This document shows, in pieces, positions 38,473 to 39,009 of a DNA stretch of 39,009 bases (within the stretch, counting starts at the first letter, position 1; the number at the start of each line of letters is the position of its first letter). The notes under the pieces were generated by a model. The model was not told where the DNA came from. It saw nothing but the letters and a program-made list of their open reading frames with translations, and searched no databases. The translations under genes were made by a program, and so were the position numbers. The DNA is from Caedibacter sp. (GTDB taxonomy: Bacteria; Pseudomonadota; Gammaproteobacteria; Francisellales; Francisellaceae): NCBI GenBank assembly GCA_020629575.1, contig JAHDDB010000002.1:1-39009 (forward strand). The letters are read 5' to 3'.

Positions 38473-38835
38473 CTATTGATTTTTAAGCGTCTCTGCACTT
38501 TGCTGATCTTGCTGATTATCCTGCTTGGCTTCTGCATCATTAGCAGCCGTCTGGCTATTAGTTGATGATAACGATGTATTGCTTTGAGCACTTTGCTTAT
38601 CTTTATCATCATTATTTGTTGTATCAACTAATTTATTCGATGGCTTATCATCATTGCTAGTATCTGCCGACTGCGCTGCTGTAGCGCTTGTCTTTGTTTT
38701 ATTAGAAGCTTCGGTGGACTTTGCAACAGTCGCAGTATCATCCTTTGGCAAATACAAAGGCCCCATTTGCCCACAGCCCACTAGCAAGGTTACAGGAATA
38801 AGTAATGTAAATAATTTTGTAGATCTTTTTGTCAT
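38473..38835 (-). CDS. lptM: LptM/YifL-like lipoprotein with a long disordered tail
   Basis: The lipobox motif LVGCGQMGPLYLP matches CGxKGPLYxP. Start at 38835. Confidence 0.75.
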   Translation of the reverse strand: MTKRSTKLFTLLIPVTLLVGCGQMGPLYLPKDDTATVAKSTEASNKTKTSATAAQSADTSNDDKPSNKLVDTTNNDDKDKQSAQSNTSLSSTNSQTAANDAEAKQDNQQDQQSAETLKNQ

Positions 38836-39009
38836 AATCCGCTTGGCGCTATGTAAATATTCGTTAAAATAATTCCCAATATAATAAGAAACATTATGCA
38901 TGAAGCCAATTAGAATTATGGTCTTTCTGCAATGAATTTGACATCTTTTACTTTTACGAAGGAATATGTGTGTGATTAAAAAACTCTTACTTAGTATTAT
39001 CGGCATTAT

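Noticed and set aside
38836-39006. N-terminal extension of the lptM ORF
   Set aside because: The signal peptide and lipobox fit a start at 38835. The upstream part looks like AT-rich promoter DNA.

Overview
This is an AT-rich gammaproteobacterial chromosomal segment. Its gene content and proteins (split gcvPA/gcvPB, pcs, ylqF) resemble Francisella/Fastidiosibacteraceae-type Thiotrichales, which is my inference. It is mostly housekeeping: an RND pump, fur, ubiD-pcs-ubiX, glycine cleavage gcvT-H-PA-PB, ylqF, birA, pyruvate dehydrogenase aceE-aceF-lpdA, an lpoB envelope operon, leuS-lptE and lptM. It also has a RimK-like ATP-grasp / inactive transglutaminase-7TM / retropepsin triad. The unexplained structure lies in the intergenic DNA, which holds at least five families of palindromic repeats. 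The strongest candidate for a new system is a small stand-alone GIY-YIG nuclease gene (14376-14690). It is flanked by inverted copies of a 17-bp motif (CTGAGCGTAAGTCGAAG), and directly upstream of it are three exact-period 78-bp tandem units that supply its ribosome-binding site. The same motif recurs as gene-less inverted doublets elsewhere in the window, which suggests a nuclease plus non-autonomous repeat family analogous to RAYT/REPIN. There are also two ERIC-like long hairpins with G-U and compensatory pairing, an orphan Phd antitoxin with a possible PIN-toxin scar, and a possible gene remnant in the lpoB operon. I recognised no rRNA, tRNA, CRISPR-cas or intact IS.
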